Positions 8,973-19,141 of a DNA stretch of 64,000 bases are shown piece after piece (the stretch's first letter is position 1; every line of letters begins with the position of its first letter). The position numbers were made by a program, and so were the translations under genes. The stretch is from sequence record NC_061450.1; one strand, written 5' to 3'. The notes under the pieces are model-generated. The model made no database searches. It worked only from the letters and a program-made list of their open reading frames with translations, and was not told where the DNA came from.

Positions 8973-11299
8973 TTAGGCTCGACCTTGATACATAGGTTAG
9001 CAGTCAGCTTGCTACCGTAAGAGCTTACTTGGCTATCGGTAACACGCACCTTAGCCACAATCTCAATGTAACCCTGTGGCTGGTTATCGATACTAATCGC
9101 CCACATCTGCGAGGCTGACACGTTGGCGTATGCAACAGCTTCCGTACTGGACTCATCCACCACGTTAAAGCCAGCTTTACCCGTACCCTTTAAGCCACGA
9201 GCATAAGCAGGTTCAGCGGCACCCGGCGTTTTGATGCCCAGCACATACTCGATGTGTTCCTTGCCACTTTTAGGAGCAAAGCCTGGGCCGAGTTCAACGC
9301 CAAAGTCAGCACTTACCGTAATGATAAGGCCTTTCTTAAACTCAATGCGTTGGGTGATGATCAGTTCTTCGCTGTCTTCGTCAATCAGCTGGATGTTGTA
9401 GACGTTCTTAGGGTCTACGGCTGCCGCTTCTGCCGCTGTGTTGACAACGCGCATGTTTGGCCATATGCCTTCCAGACGAATACCAGTGCCGGACTGTAGC
9501 TCTGGCGTAACACCAGGAACGATCAGTGGAGTCTGGTTATGACGACGGAACATCATACCTGTAGGGGTTGGGATAACGTCCGTGATAACGCCGTCGATTG
9601 AGTTCTCTTTTGAACCAACCGCTTTAACGTTCTCAAATACGGTTACCTCAACAAACGTATCGGCATCGACAACATTTGTCAGGCGCAGCACATCGTTGAC
9701 AACACTGAACTGCGAGGTGTGAGCGATTACACCACCTATGTTTACCACACAGTATGCTTTTGACAGTGGCGTGATTGGCAGTACAAAGGTATCCGTCTCA
9801 TAAGGGTGGCGATACTGTGAGACACGAATGCGCGTAGACCAGCCCTGACGTTCTTCATAACGTGCGCAGTAAAGACTAACACCTGCACCGCTAGGGATTG
9901 CCTCTGTGAACGCTACTTCATTGCCTTGGTTCAGCTTGTAACTTGTGCTTGGCTGCCATGTATTACCAATAACGGCAAACACATGATCGGCAGATTCAAC
10001 AGCCTGTCCGATGTTGAACGCGTTTGTCTGACCATCACCCGTGCTTTCATACACGTCAAAAAGCACAACGTGACCCTGGGACGGCTCCAAACGGAACTGT
10101 CTTAGGTCAAGCGTCATTGTTTCAGGCGGTGATTCACTGAGTTGCATCTCCAAGCCCTGTGCTGTGTAAGCAGAGCGATGCTGGAGAATACCACTGAGTG
10201 CAACAAACAAGTCTGTAGCGCTGTCAACGTCTTCGGACAGTGGATAGATAAGCTGCTCAGGCACGGCAGTTGTCACGATGCTTGAGAACATCAGCTTGCC
10301 TGGGGCTGTGAACAACGTTGCTGTAGCAGCACTACCACCAGTTGCCTGTGGCGCCCACACAGGTTCTTCATCTTGTCCACGCTGCAACACCCAAGTATCA
10401 GGCACGTCGCTGTTGAGCGGCCAAGGCAATCCTGCCGTAGGAACAATCGGGTTGGTGATGCGCTTCCAGATAGCTACTGTGGTCTGTGCGCTGATAAAAG
10501 GAATCACAGCACCCTTGTTGACCAGTTGTCCATTCTTCTGATATTCAAAGTGGCGACTTGCACCAGCGCCAGGACCAGAAACAGCATGAACAATAACCGT
10601 CTCGCCTGACTTGAGATTCAGGTTTGGAATGTCAAACGTGTTGGCATTGATAAACCCTGTACCAAGCTGTTTGCTGTACACACGGTCATGCTCACTGAAT
10701 CCCCAATAAAAGCCACCCTGACCATAGCGATATGCCATGCCTGGGCTTGCAGTACCATCGGAGTTTGAGTGCAGGTCAAGCACGGCTACCGCGTTGAAAA
10801 TATTGTCGTTAAGACTAGGCAGATTGTCCAGCGTGGCAACACTAGGCACGGATGAGAAGTCTGCCATTTCAACAGCAAGAACTTTCTGAATATCCTGCTG
10901 GATGTGAACCAAGAGGCTGATACGAGTAACAGCATTTGGCACTGCCAAAATTGGCTCGTTGAGGACTACATGACCAAACGGCCTGTTGTCTTTCAACATG
11001 ATAAGAATTTCGCCAATCTGTTTGAGATTGTCGCCTGCATTGAATTGCAGTTGGACGTCAAAGTTGAAACGCGCTGAGTTCTCTGTCAACACTTGGACGA
11101 AGCTGAGTTTGCCGCTTGCAAGTTCATTGCCCAGCAAGCTCGTAGGCACATCGCTGGGCTGAGTTCCTGTGAAGTCACCAACCTTGAACGCTACTGGTTC
11201 GATGGCCAGGCCACCACTATTCGCGTCAGCAACGGCCTGCTCACCTTGTGTTGTAAGTCTTAGCGCATCAACATAAATTGAAGATGTGGCAGCCATCAT
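8969..11299 (-). CDS. Baseplate/tail-collar fibre-attachment protein
   Basis: N-terminal LTTQGEQAV....I....FKVGD resembles tail-collar fibre N-domains; repeated G..Q...Y beta modules; sits directly after the wedge operon. Confidence 0.6.
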   Translation of the reverse strand: MMAATSSIYVDALRLTTQGEQAVADANSGGLAIEPVAFKVGDFTGTQPSDVPTSLLGNELASGKLSFVQVLTENSARFNFDVQLQFNAGDNLKQIGEILIMLKDNRPFGHVVLNEPILAVPNAVTRISLLVHIQQDIQKVLAVEMADFSSVPSVATLDNLPSLNDNIFNAVAVLDLHSNSDGTASPGMAYRYGQGGFYWGFSEHDRVYSKQLGTGFINANTFDIPNLNLKSGETVIVHAVSGPGAGASRHFEYQKNGQLVNKGAVIPFISAQTTVAIWKRITNPIVPTAGLPWPLNSDVPDTWVLQRGQDEEPVWAPQATGGSAATATLFTAPGKLMFSSIVTTAVPEQLIYPLSEDVDSATDLFVALSGILQHRSAYTAQGLEMQLSESPPETMTLDLRQFRLEPSQGHVVLFDVYESTGDGQTNAFNIGQAVESADHVFAVIGNTWQPSTSYKLNQGNEVAFTEAIPSGAGVSLYCARYEERQGWSTRIRVSQYRHPYETDTFVLPITPLSKAYCVVNIGGVIAHTSQFSVVNDVLRLTNVVDADTFVEVTVFENVKAVGSKENSIDGVITDVIPTPTGMMFRRHNQTPLIVPGVTPELQSGTGIRLEGIWPNMRVVNTAAEAAAVDPKNVYNIQLIDEDSEELIITQRIEFKKGLIITVSADFGVELGPGFAPKSGKEHIEYVLGIKTPGAAEPAYARGLKGTGKAGFNVVDESSTEAVAYANVSASQMWAISIDNQPQGYIEIVAKVRVTDSQVSSYGSKLTANLCIKVEPK

Positions 11300-11312
11300 A
11301 AACTCCTGTTCG

Positions 11313-11332
11313 ATTAACGCTTAGAAATTAGC
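11313..11332 (-). promoter_or_regulatory. Putative phage late promoter GCTAATTTCTAAGCGTTAAT
   Basis: Identical 20-mer at 24851..24870; lies between a terminator and an RBS. Confidence 0.6.
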
Positions 11333-11340
11333 AAGAAACA

Positions 11341-11380
11341 AAAAAGGGCCTAAGGAACACATAGCTCCCAAGGCCCTTTT
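11341..11380 (-). terminator. Rho-independent terminator, possibly bidirectional
   Basis: AAAAGGGCCT...AGGCCCTTTTTT stem with a U-tract after the 1509-aa gene. Confidence 0.85.
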
Positions 11381-11382
11381 AT

Positions 11383-14300
11383 TTAGGTATAACGCACTGT
11401 AATCACAGCACTTCCGAAGGCACGCGCATTGGTTCGATAAACGTTGATGTTCTCTGTGAGATTGTCATAGACTTTTCTCAATACCAGAGGACCACGTTGA
11501 CCGTCATCACCAGTCACAGGCCACTTGGCAGCATCAAACCCATTCCAATCAGGGTTAACATTTCCTTGTGCGTCTGCACCCGCAGCAAACACAGCCCGTC
11601 CATAGTCAGCCCGAGCTGCAAAATATCCATACTCATCTGTTTTAGGAGTGAGTACAAACGTTCCGCCGTTAGAGCTACGCATACGGTTAGTGACTGCCTG
11701 TTCAAGTCCAGCAATGTTATTAACGCCAAACTGTGCTGTACCGAAACGTGGGTAGGATGAGAACGCCCTCATGTAATGAACTTGAGTCAGTCGGACAGAG
11801 TTTTCGATATACGTTGCACGAACACCAAAGTCCGCGTCAGACAACAGTTGGTTGATGGTCAACATACCTGTTTGAGCATTGACTGTAATGCCAGGAATGG
11901 TAACCACATCGCCTTTGCTGTTTGTCGTCTGCCACAAGGTCTTTGTGGTAACGTCATCTTTCACAAATGTGCCAGTGCGTCCAAGTGAGGCTTTCATCTG
12001 CATCGAACTATCATCACGAACGTTTGTGAATCCAACGATAGCAAGATCTTGAGGGAATCCAATACCAGGGCAGGTGACTTCCTGAACCATCGTCAGGTTG
12101 GTACGCTGCTCTGTCAGCATACATTCAATCTTGACTGTTTGAGGATTCTTCTGAGGAATAAAAGAAAACTCGCCGGTCTGTGTGTTGATTTGGAATCCAG
12201 GCACACTTGAAATAACAGACCACACAAACTTAACCGTGTCTGAATCTGGCACAACACTGGTACCCGTTTGTCCGTCCCGGCGTTCGTATTCAGCGATTGC
12301 CTGATAGGTCTTGTTGGGTTCAATGTTAGACGCAGGCAGTTCGATAGCACCTGTGAGAATTGTGCGTGTCGAGTGCATCTGAATAACGCGTGTGATGTTT
12401 AGTGTTTCACTTGCCTGGGTTTCAGGGTTGATGGCACTATACACAGCGTTGATTCTGATACGTCCGTCGGAGCGTTGTTGATCTGCGAGATACAAGTGAC
12501 CGTTGAGTGGGTCGATGCTCACGCTGTCCACATCAGTATCATCACCAATAGACCACAAGGCGGCTGTTGTGGTAACTTCCTCTCCGCTTTTCAAAAGAAT
12601 GCGCAGTGAGTAAGGCACGTACCAGCGACCATTGGCGTATTCAAATGTAGGGTTCTTGTCCACAAGGTCCCAGAAGATTTCAGGACCCAGCACAGCCCCA
12701 GACTGGAGATACGTGTTGGCCAATGTGATGTACACCGTAAGGAACTTCTCTATCGCATAGCCATCGCAGATAAACTGAGCACGTATACGAATAGCACAGT
12801 TAGCATTGACGCTAGGAATAACGTCGCCGTTATCATCAATTTCTGCAACAACGTCGTCGGTAGGTTCGAGGATGATGTTGTTACCATCTCGTGTAAAATA
12901 CCAACTGTTGACGATAGACCAATCGGCCGATACTTCAAGGTCAAACGTTTTCTTTTCACCCTGCGCATAGCTCCCATCAAGCTGTCTAACAATGCCACCA
13001 GTCTCGTAGGTGTTGACCAGTGCATAACTCTCCAAGCGTACGGCAGCACTGATGGTAGTAGCCCCTTCAATGCGACTGTTGAGGATTGTGTTAATACTCG
13101 GCTGAGGAGTTGGCACGATCACAATTTCAAGCTGGTTCTCAATGCGATAGAAACGAGCACGTACCGCTGCGTTGGTTTGCTCATTGCACTTGCCAATCTG
13201 CACAATAGCACCGTCATACATGGTGGTAGCCAGTTGATTCATGTCACCGATATCATCAAACATAGGCAGCTTGCTGATACGCATCTGACGGAAGTCTTTG
13301 ATATCAGTAGGCACGCGTCCATGTACTGCTTCAACGATTGACGCACCGCTGTATGTACCAGGAACAAATCGCAGGACCTGATAAGGGTCTGTGTCTTGAT
13401 CTGGCCACACGCCTGACCAGTGTGCAGCTTGAACATATTCCTGCACACCATCAGCATACGTTGCAAACAGACGAGCAAACGTTCTGCTTTGATCGATAAC
13501 CTCATCAGGCATTTCAATCAGGATGCTTTCGACCAAGGCACGTACAGGCACAACTTGGAAGTCACGCGAGTTGGTGATTGTGGTACCGTCATCCGATTTG
13601 TAGGTGATATGCACACGCGCTACTCCATGCAAATCTCCCTTGAAGTACAGTATCTGGATGGGTTGACTGCGGTCCAGAATCGGGTCAAACAGTGTTCCAA
13701 CACCGTTAGAGATTTCAACACTAACCCACTGCGAGTAATCTGGTGCATCCGGATCATACACAGTTGGGTCTTGACCCAAGATAACAGCCTGCTTTTGCAG
13801 TTCAATCGTTCTTGTGCGGGCCTCCTCAACAGCACTCGCACTAGGAACGTACTCAACGGTCATTGTCGCCGCTGCCGCATAGCTTTTGCCATTAGACCAC
13901 AAGCACACGGTAGGCAGGCTGATAAAGTCACCACTGGCCACACGAGTACCGCTTGTGATATCTACCTGACGAGGCATCAGTACGGTGTCGTATACAGGAA
14001 AGATTTCGCTGAATGTACGAGCCAACTGTCCGTCAATCACTGTAACGTGAAGGCTGTAGTCACGATATCCTGTGTCAACCCAAGGTGCCTGAAACTCGCC
14101 TGTTTCTGGATTAACGTTTTGCAGCCCATAGATATCCTGCGACAGGTCTTCACTGGTGAACCACCGCCCACGCAGTTCCTGATAGGCAACAATCACCGCA
14201 GGGTCACGGTCAATAATCTGCTGCTGGGTTGCTGTTTCCAGTACGTACAAGCCCATTGCTTTTGGTGTAATATTGTCTCGCTCCATGATGGTATCAGGAA

Positions 14301-15912
14301 TGACAATATCAACAGCCGCCAACAAGTTGACTGGAGCACGCAGCTTGACCTGTGCCGTTGTCTGCACTGATCCACCGTCATCGAACTTGGCTACAATGTT
14401 GGTCATGTAGTCTTGACGGCGAATCTTGGACTTGAGCACGTCCTGCACAATGTTTGCATCACGGCTGGTGGACATAAGCTGCGCCGTAACGATCTTGGAC
14501 GTTTTATCGTTGTAGGTGCAGACACACTGGAGTTCAACATCCACGCCCTGTGTGATAACGTCAGGAACGAGAACGCTGAGTTCAACAGGAGTTAAAGCAC
14601 GTACCGATTTGAGTACCGCAAAGTCATTGACGATGGAGATATCTGCCTGACCTTTGTACACAGCCTTGATGGACATTGTGGTATCAGCAACAACGCTAGG
14701 CAAGACAAGACTTGTACCGTCCAGTGTGCCCAAACTAGGCTCCATCTGGAGAGTGTTGCTGCCTGTAAGGTCACGCGTTGTTCCATCCTTGTATTTACCG
14801 TAAACACGCAGACGGTTGGTACTGTTGCCATACAGCATAGGAGCAGCCACATAAATCTCAACAGGGTCAGGCTCGATGCCCAGAGGAAACAGACGTGTTG
14901 AAATTTGATGCCTGGTACCCTTGTAGGTAACTATCAGGTCAACAGCAAGAATAGCGTTAGGCTCAGCAAACACAACAGCGTTGCCATTACGACTTTGTAT
15001 GTTCGGGTTGTCTTCAACGTAACACTCCTCAGTCCGTTCGGTGTTATCTGAGTAGCGTACCAACACACCAAACACAATCTCCTGGCCGCCATGAATATAC
15101 TCAGGCTCGATAAACTCCAGAGATTGCGTTAATGGTCTGCCTACAAAGAAACGCCTAACAGGCTCAACAACAGTGTGCGCTGTGAGGAATATCTGCATTG
15201 TTAGGCTAACGGTTGTGTTAACTGCGTGCAGCACGTCCTCAATAGGCGCCCATTGGTAAAACAGCTTGGTGATGCGGCGATTCAACATCACGTTACGCGC
15301 TGTACGCTGAGTCAGGTCTTTGTTTACAGGGTCAAAGCCTACGTGATTAACATGCCACTCGATAGCCTGCTGTTCCGTCATGCCAATCTGCTGCAAGGCG
15401 GCAACAATATCTGCTTGCGCCTCTTGGTCAACAGTCAGGTCAAGTCCCGCATCAATGATGTGCGCATCCACATCAAGGTCAACGTGAGTAGTCCTGTACC
15501 ACTGACCACCATCCTGCACTAATGCACCTAGTGGCTTGGGCAGGAATGTCTGATAGTCTGCGGTATACAGGCGCTGTGACTCAAACTGGCCACCAAGCAA
15601 CATGCTGACAAACTTCGGCCAGCTTGATGTGCCGCTTACAAGATTGTAGTCAGGCAAGGTGTCAAAGATACGACGGTAGGTGTCAATGCGATACGTCATC
15701 ATATCGCGGCTGATGTTGATGCCAAGCAGACGCAGGCTTTCTTCTGCAAGCTCTACTGGAGAACTGCTTGTGATCTTGCGAACGTCCAGCAGTTGTTGAA
15801 TGGTTGCAAGGTTAAGGGCGTCATTGGCCTCGCCCATTGTCTCGAACAACTCTTCCCAAGCTGGGTTGTCCTGCAAGAAGTCAATGAAAAACTTTTCGGT
15901 TTCCGACTTCAC
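11383..15912 (-). CDS. Baseplate wedge protein with multiple Ig-like (Big_2-type) domains
   Basis: Follows gp25- and gp6-like genes; repeated ..L.I.GP.....(Y/V).A...Y.DG...(W)S modules; C-domain shared with the Ig protein at 60173. Confidence 0.7.
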   Translation of the reverse strand: MKSETEKFFIDFLQDNPAWEELFETMGEANDALNLATIQQLLDVRKITSSSPVELAEESLRLLGINISRDMMTYRIDTYRRIFDTLPDYNLVSGTSSWPKFVSMLLGGQFESQRLYTADYQTFLPKPLGALVQDGGQWYRTTHVDLDVDAHIIDAGLDLTVDQEAQADIVAALQQIGMTEQQAIEWHVNHVGFDPVNKDLTQRTARNVMLNRRITKLFYQWAPIEDVLHAVNTTVSLTMQIFLTAHTVVEPVRRFFVGRPLTQSLEFIEPEYIHGGQEIVFGVLVRYSDNTERTEECYVEDNPNIQSRNGNAVVFAEPNAILAVDLIVTYKGTRHQISTRLFPLGIEPDPVEIYVAAPMLYGNSTNRLRVYGKYKDGTTRDLTGSNTLQMEPSLGTLDGTSLVLPSVVADTTMSIKAVYKGQADISIVNDFAVLKSVRALTPVELSVLVPDVITQGVDVELQCVCTYNDKTSKIVTAQLMSTSRDANIVQDVLKSKIRRQDYMTNIVAKFDDGGSVQTTAQVKLRAPVNLLAAVDIVIPDTIMERDNITPKAMGLYVLETATQQQIIDRDPAVIVAYQELRGRWFTSEDLSQDIYGLQNVNPETGEFQAPWVDTGYRDYSLHVTVIDGQLARTFSEIFPVYDTVLMPRQVDITSGTRVASGDFISLPTVCLWSNGKSYAAAATMTVEYVPSASAVEEARTRTIELQKQAVILGQDPTVYDPDAPDYSQWVSVEISNGVGTLFDPILDRSQPIQILYFKGDLHGVARVHITYKSDDGTTITNSRDFQVVPVRALVESILIEMPDEVIDQSRTFARLFATYADGVQEYVQAAHWSGVWPDQDTDPYQVLRFVPGTYSGASIVEAVHGRVPTDIKDFRQMRISKLPMFDDIGDMNQLATTMYDGAIVQIGKCNEQTNAAVRARFYRIENQLEIVIVPTPQPSINTILNSRIEGATTISAAVRLESYALVNTYETGGIVRQLDGSYAQGEKKTFDLEVSADWSIVNSWYFTRDGNNIILEPTDDVVAEIDDNGDVIPSVNANCAIRIRAQFICDGYAIEKFLTVYITLANTYLQSGAVLGPEIFWDLVDKNPTFEYANGRWYVPYSLRILLKSGEEVTTTAALWSIGDDTDVDSVSIDPLNGHLYLADQQRSDGRIRINAVYSAINPETQASETLNITRVIQMHSTRTILTGAIELPASNIEPNKTYQAIAEYERRDGQTGTSVVPDSDTVKFVWSVISSVPGFQINTQTGEFSFIPQKNPQTVKIECMLTEQRTNLTMVQEVTCPGIGFPQDLAIVGFTNVRDDSSMQMKASLGRTGTFVKDDVTTKTLWQTTNSKGDVVTIPGITVNAQTGMLTINQLLSDADFGVRATYIENSVRLTQVHYMRAFSSYPRFGTAQFGVNNIAGLEQAVTNRMRSSNGGTFVLTPKTDEYGYFAARADYGRAVFAAGADAQGNVNPDWNGFDAAKWPVTGDDGQRGPLVLRKVYDNLTENINVYRTNARAFGSAVITVRYT

Positions 15913-17369
15913 TGCATCTTCCTTTCGCTGTAACTAACAATGACTCGAATGTTACGCAGGGCAACATACTCTGTCTTGCCGTTAGGAATAATATCCTGCA
16001 GAGGGCTATCGATGTTAACGTAGTCCACCTCAGGGCGTTTGACAGGACTATCGGGATTTGCGTAGTCATACTTGACACGGTCCATAATGTCACTGATGGC
16101 CAGACGCTTGCCCAAGATACCAACACGACGCTCAAACAGCTTTTGCACTGCTGCGCTGAGTTTATCTTCGTTGGTCTGCTTGGAACCCGGAGCATCTTGG
16201 AACAGAGTGACACGAATAACGCAGTCGATTGGTAGCTTGGTTGGGTTGTAGGTCTGTACATCCAGCATAGCCCTGAACTGTGCCAGCCAGTCGAGAAACT
16301 TGTTCCACTGCGCTGAATCAGGGTTGGGATTAACACCTCCCCAAGTGCTGGTATTAAGAGGCAGCACACATACTCGAACAACTCCCATCCATGACTTGTC
16401 GTTTGGAGCTATCTCACGCTGCCCTTGAACAACACAATCAGCCACATCCGGATAAAGCATCACGGCTGCGTGCCATTCATCTTCACGAATCAGTTTCTTT
16501 CTACTGCGTGCTACGATTGGCGCAAACGTGCGATAGTAACTCAGGTCTGTGTGGTCTGAGGCACCAGTAATGCTCGACACTGTTTTACCAACAATATTGC
16601 TTTGATTCAGGCTAACAACTTTAAGTCCAGTAGCCTCGGTGTTAACTGCTGCGCCCACTGACCGCACGGCACGGACTTTTAACGTATACCCAGCAGGCAG
16701 GGCTGTGCCCCACTGCTCACCACCAAACTGGAGTTCAACGTCTCCCGTGTCTGTGGTGATATCTTGGAAGATACGCTGTCCTGCATACGCCTCAAACAAG
16801 GCACTGTCAAAGCGATCATAAGGAGTTTTCAATCCACGGACATCTTCAATCCACACAGTCAGGTCTTGAGTGAGTTCAAAGTTCTCACTGCCCAAGGCCA
16901 CACGAACATAGTCCTGTGTAGATTCGATGGGCTGGCTGAAAGAGAAAATGCTGCCAACAATCATGTCAACAGTCTTACTCTCACCAGACTCCCACTGAGT
17001 TACCTGAGCAAGCAACGCATCGGTTCCGTTGATCTGAAACGGCTCATGCTTGTCCAGAGTTATCTTCTGTCCTGTGTTGTTGATGATCAAGCAGCTAACG
17101 CTACCAGCAGACTTGCGTCCAATATCAACACCAAGGAATCTAGCACCCGCCATGATACTGGTATCGCGTCTTGCCAATCTGATGAATGCTTCACGCGCTG
17201 CAATCATACAGGCATAGGCATTCGATACGCCGATATCGCCCAACGCATCTGCAATCAGACTTGTAAGGCTGCTGACCTGATCATCTGTCCAATAACTTTT
17301 GGCATTAATGCGACTAAGGAAGTCCTGAGCAAACTCCTCATGTGTTGTGTAAGTATTGAGAAGGCTCAT
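15909..17369 (-). CDS. Baseplate wedge subunit, T4 gp6 / baseplate J-like
   Basis: AREAF...ARRDTSI...ARFLG; GDVELQFGG..WG; LIREDEW....YPDV..C.V.G pattern; synteny. Confidence 0.8.
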   Translation of the reverse strand: MSLLNTYTTHEEFAQDFLSRINAKSYWTDDQVSSLTSLIADALGDIGVSNAYACMIAAREAFIRLARRDTSIMAGARFLGVDIGRKSAGSVSCLIINNTGQKITLDKHEPFQINGTDALLAQVTQWESGESKTVDMIVGSIFSFSQPIESTQDYVRVALGSENFELTQDLTVWIEDVRGLKTPYDRFDSALFEAYAGQRIFQDITTDTGDVELQFGGEQWGTALPAGYTLKVRAVRSVGAAVNTEATGLKVVSLNQSNIVGKTVSSITGASDHTDLSYYRTFAPIVARSRKKLIREDEWHAAVMLYPDVADCVVQGQREIAPNDKSWMGVVRVCVLPLNTSTWGGVNPNPDSAQWNKFLDWLAQFRAMLDVQTYNPTKLPIDCVIRVTLFQDAPGSKQTNEDKLSAAVQKLFERRVGILGKRLAISDIMDRVKYDYANPDSPVKRPEVDYVNIDSPLQDIIPNGKTEYVALRNIRVIVSYSERKMQ

Positions 17370-17782
17370 GCCATACTCCTCATGCTGAATGAGATTGTTT
17401 TCTTGTTTTCGAGTTTAGGTACGTGGAATGCAATGCGCACACCGTACGTCTGGTCGACCTTGCGCACAACTTCAACGTTGATGCCTGTAACATCGTTTGT
17501 CAGTCCGTTGTATGGACTTTCCAAGGCATCTTTGATGTAAGTCTGAATCCATCCGGCAGTGGTGTCATCAAAAGGTTCAAACAGTTGTCGGTACACATCG
17601 GACCCAAAGTTTGGACGCCATTTACGACTGCGCTTACGGGTACCAACAATCATGAGTATCTTCTGCGAAATACTGTCCATGTCTAGGACGTCATCGCGAT
17701 TCTCCAGTTGAATCCACGCACTGATATCGGAGTAGGTTGCCTTGCCCGGAGGCAGCTTAACAGCGCTTGATGCAATGCTCAT
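17366..17782 (-). CDS. Baseplate wedge subunit, T4 gp25-like
   Basis: SISQKILMIVGTRKRSR.WRPNFGS.VY..LFEPFD matches gp25/GPW. Confidence 0.85.
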   Translation of the reverse strand: MSIASSAVKLPPGKATYSDISAWIQLENRDDVLDMDSISQKILMIVGTRKRSRKWRPNFGSDVYRQLFEPFDDTTAGWIQTYIKDALESPYNGLTNDVTGINVEVVRKVDQTYGVRIAFHVPKLENKKTISFSMRSMA

Positions 17783-18069
17783 CCGAACCTCACGTTTTTG
17801 CTGCCATTAGATGCAGTATCTTGGCATGTGTTGGGATCGCCTGCACGTTGTGCCTGTTTACCGTTGACGCGCACTTTACCACGGCCAATAGCTCGACCCA
17901 CATGTGGTGGCTTTTTGGGAGCGGAGTGAGGCTGGTAGGGATCGCCGGTTCGCACACTGCCCTTTCCGTTGATAAACACATTGCCAGATGCAGCTACAGC
18001 CACAACAGGAGAAAAGCCCTGATGGCCTGTAGACTTGTCAGCACCTAGTCGGATAGCTGGCTTGCCCAT
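17779..18069 (-). CDS. PAAR spike-tip protein, T4 gp5.4-like
   Basis: AIRLG.D...GH.GF.P......NVFING....R.GD...PH...H......V.VNG...QR.GD...C...GS..V. Confidence 0.9.
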   Translation of the reverse strand: MGKPAIRLGADKSTGHQGFSPVVAVAASGNVFINGKGSVRTGDPYQPHSAPKKPPHVGRAIGRGKVRVNGKQAQRAGDPNTCQDTASNGSKNVRFG

Positions 18070-18194
18070 TAGCTAGACCTCCGTGGTACTTTGGGACCTT
18101 TAGCAGGCAAAAACACCTTGCCTGACATTACTGGCTTCTCACCACGCAGCATACGCAGGTAATTCTGTTTTGCTAGTTCTGTGAGTCTGGTCAT
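18069..18194 (-). CDS. Small basic hypothetical protein (41 aa), below the ORF-track cutoff
   Basis: Hand translation MTRLTELAKQNYLRMLRGEKPVMSGKVFLPAKGPKVPRRSS; strong GAGGAG RBS; TAATG overlap with PAAR. Confidence 0.65.
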   Translation of the reverse strand: MTRLTELAKQNYLRMLRGEKPVMSGKVFLPAKGPKVPRRSS

Positions 18195-18217
18195 AGTGAT
18201 CTCCTCTTTGATAGAGG

Positions 18218-18224
18218 AAATTAC
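18218..18224 (-). promoter_or_regulatory. Putative late promoter core GTAATTT
   Basis: TAATTT core just downstream of a terminator, at the head of the wedge operon. Confidence 0.4.
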
Positions 18225-18245
18225 TCAGAACAGGACCATAGACGC

Positions 18246-18270
18246 AAAAATGGGCGACCGAAGTCACCCA
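18246..18270 (-). terminator. Rho-independent terminator
   Basis: TGGGTGAC-TTCG-GTCGCCCA-TTTTT. Confidence 0.9.
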
Positions 18271-18425
18271 CTTTGCCAATCTTGCTGTGCTGTAATCATT
18301 GGTCGCCAGGCGGCATGAGTTCCCGCGCTACGCTGTGCGCAGGATTGCTTCACGAGGCAACAGCGCCGTTGTTTGCGAGTCATTCTGTGCGTCCACAGGT
18401 TGTGTTAACTCGCTAACGGCTGTAG

Positions 18426-18620
18426 CTAGATTGAGATATTTCCTTTCGCTCTTTTTAATGTCGCTCGTCGCTCCCACATCCCTCGAACGTGTGCCTCGGT
18501 CTCCGTAGAGACATAAGCCGGAGCGCGTGTTTCGCTGATAACTACGCGCCTAATATCATCAAAACATGACTGCTTGCCGAGCAAACAAACAGCCAAGAGC
18601 GACAGGATAAATGCGAGCAT
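18426..18620 (-). CDS. Hypothetical protein with a hydrophobic N-terminus
   Basis: ORF with GGGGAA upstream; MLAFILSLLAVCLLG signal/TM-like. Confidence 0.4.
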   Translation of the reverse strand: MLAFILSLLAVCLLGKQSCFDDIRRVVISETRAPAYVSTETEAHVRGMWERRATLKRAKGNISI

Positions 18621-18683
18621 ACATTCCCCATCACTGTTTTGAGGCTTAGCCCCAAAGTCGGTTAATCGTCAAAGAACCAATCG

Positions 18684-18863
18684 CTAAAGATCATCGCTGC
18701 TCCCCAATCGTTGTGCATCAATCAATTTGTTGATGGCGTGTGCCAGTTGTTCGGCATCTTCACGGTCACCAACAATCTCCCACTCATCATCTGCAAACTT
18801 CAATATAGGGTTTGTCGAATCTGAGTAGTGCTTAACTACTGCTTTTCCTATCGGCTTCGGCAT
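18684..18863 (-). CDS. Hypothetical protein (59 aa), below the ORF-track cutoff
   Basis: Hand translation MPKPIGKAVVKHYSDSTNPILKFADDEWEIVGDREDAEQLAHAINKLIDAQRLGSSDDL; overlaps the upstream stop. Confidence 0.6.
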   Translation of the reverse strand: MPKPIGKAVVKHYSDSTNPILKFADDEWEIVGDREDAEQLAHAINKLIDAQRLGSSDDL

Positions 18864-18984
18864 CTTCTCTTGCCCACTTGGCTAGTGTCTGATTAGCTTG
18901 CTTTTGGGCCAACCAAGGAGCACCAAACAACAAGAACCCAACATACACAAGGAAAGCTACGGCTATCCAATTATCAGCAGTCAT
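18832..18984 (-). CDS. Small single-pass membrane protein (about 50 aa)
   Basis: WIAVAFLVYVGFLLFGAPWL TM helix; start reassigned to the ATG at 18984, coupled to the upstream stop. Confidence 0.6.
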   Translation of the reverse strand: MTADNWIAVAFLVYVGFLLFGAPWLAQKQANQTLAKWAREDAEADRKSSS

Positions 18985-19141
18985 CGGGACCACCAGCATC
19001 TTGAGCAAACTCACCATCCATCACATACTGACGGAACTCTTCGGCCGTGTTGCAGGCAGGCTCGACAAACTCACAATCGAATGCCTCTTCCATTTCTTGG
19101 ATGTTGAAATCAACACCATCATTACTTTGATTTTTCTGCAT
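18974..19141 (-). CDS. Small acidic hypothetical protein (55 aa), below the ORF-track cutoff
   Basis: Hand translation MQKNQSNDGVDFNIQEMEEAFDCEFVEPACNTAEEFRQYVMDGEFAQDAGGPDDC; fills the gap between two ORFs. Confidence 0.55.
   Translation of the reverse strand: MQKNQSNDGVDFNIQEMEEAFDCEFVEPACNTAEEFRQYVMDGEFAQDAGGPDDC

Noticed and set aside
6649-8976. Plus-strand Pro/Gly-rich ORFs (6971..7303, 8617..8976, 6649..6924)
   Set aside because: Antisense shadows of the collagen G-X-Y codons; no RBS and opposite to the operon direction
13420-14370. 316-aa plus-strand ORF; likewise 16764..17540, 41042..41818, 43283..44065 and 49826..50605
   Set aside because: Almost entirely inside well-supported minus-strand genes; explained by codon bias leaving the antisense frame open; no recognisable motifs
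18290-18620. Rz/Rz1 spanin pair or frameshifted gene
   Set aside because: No proper lipobox, the second frame is closed by TAG upstream, and there is no canonical slippery heptamer
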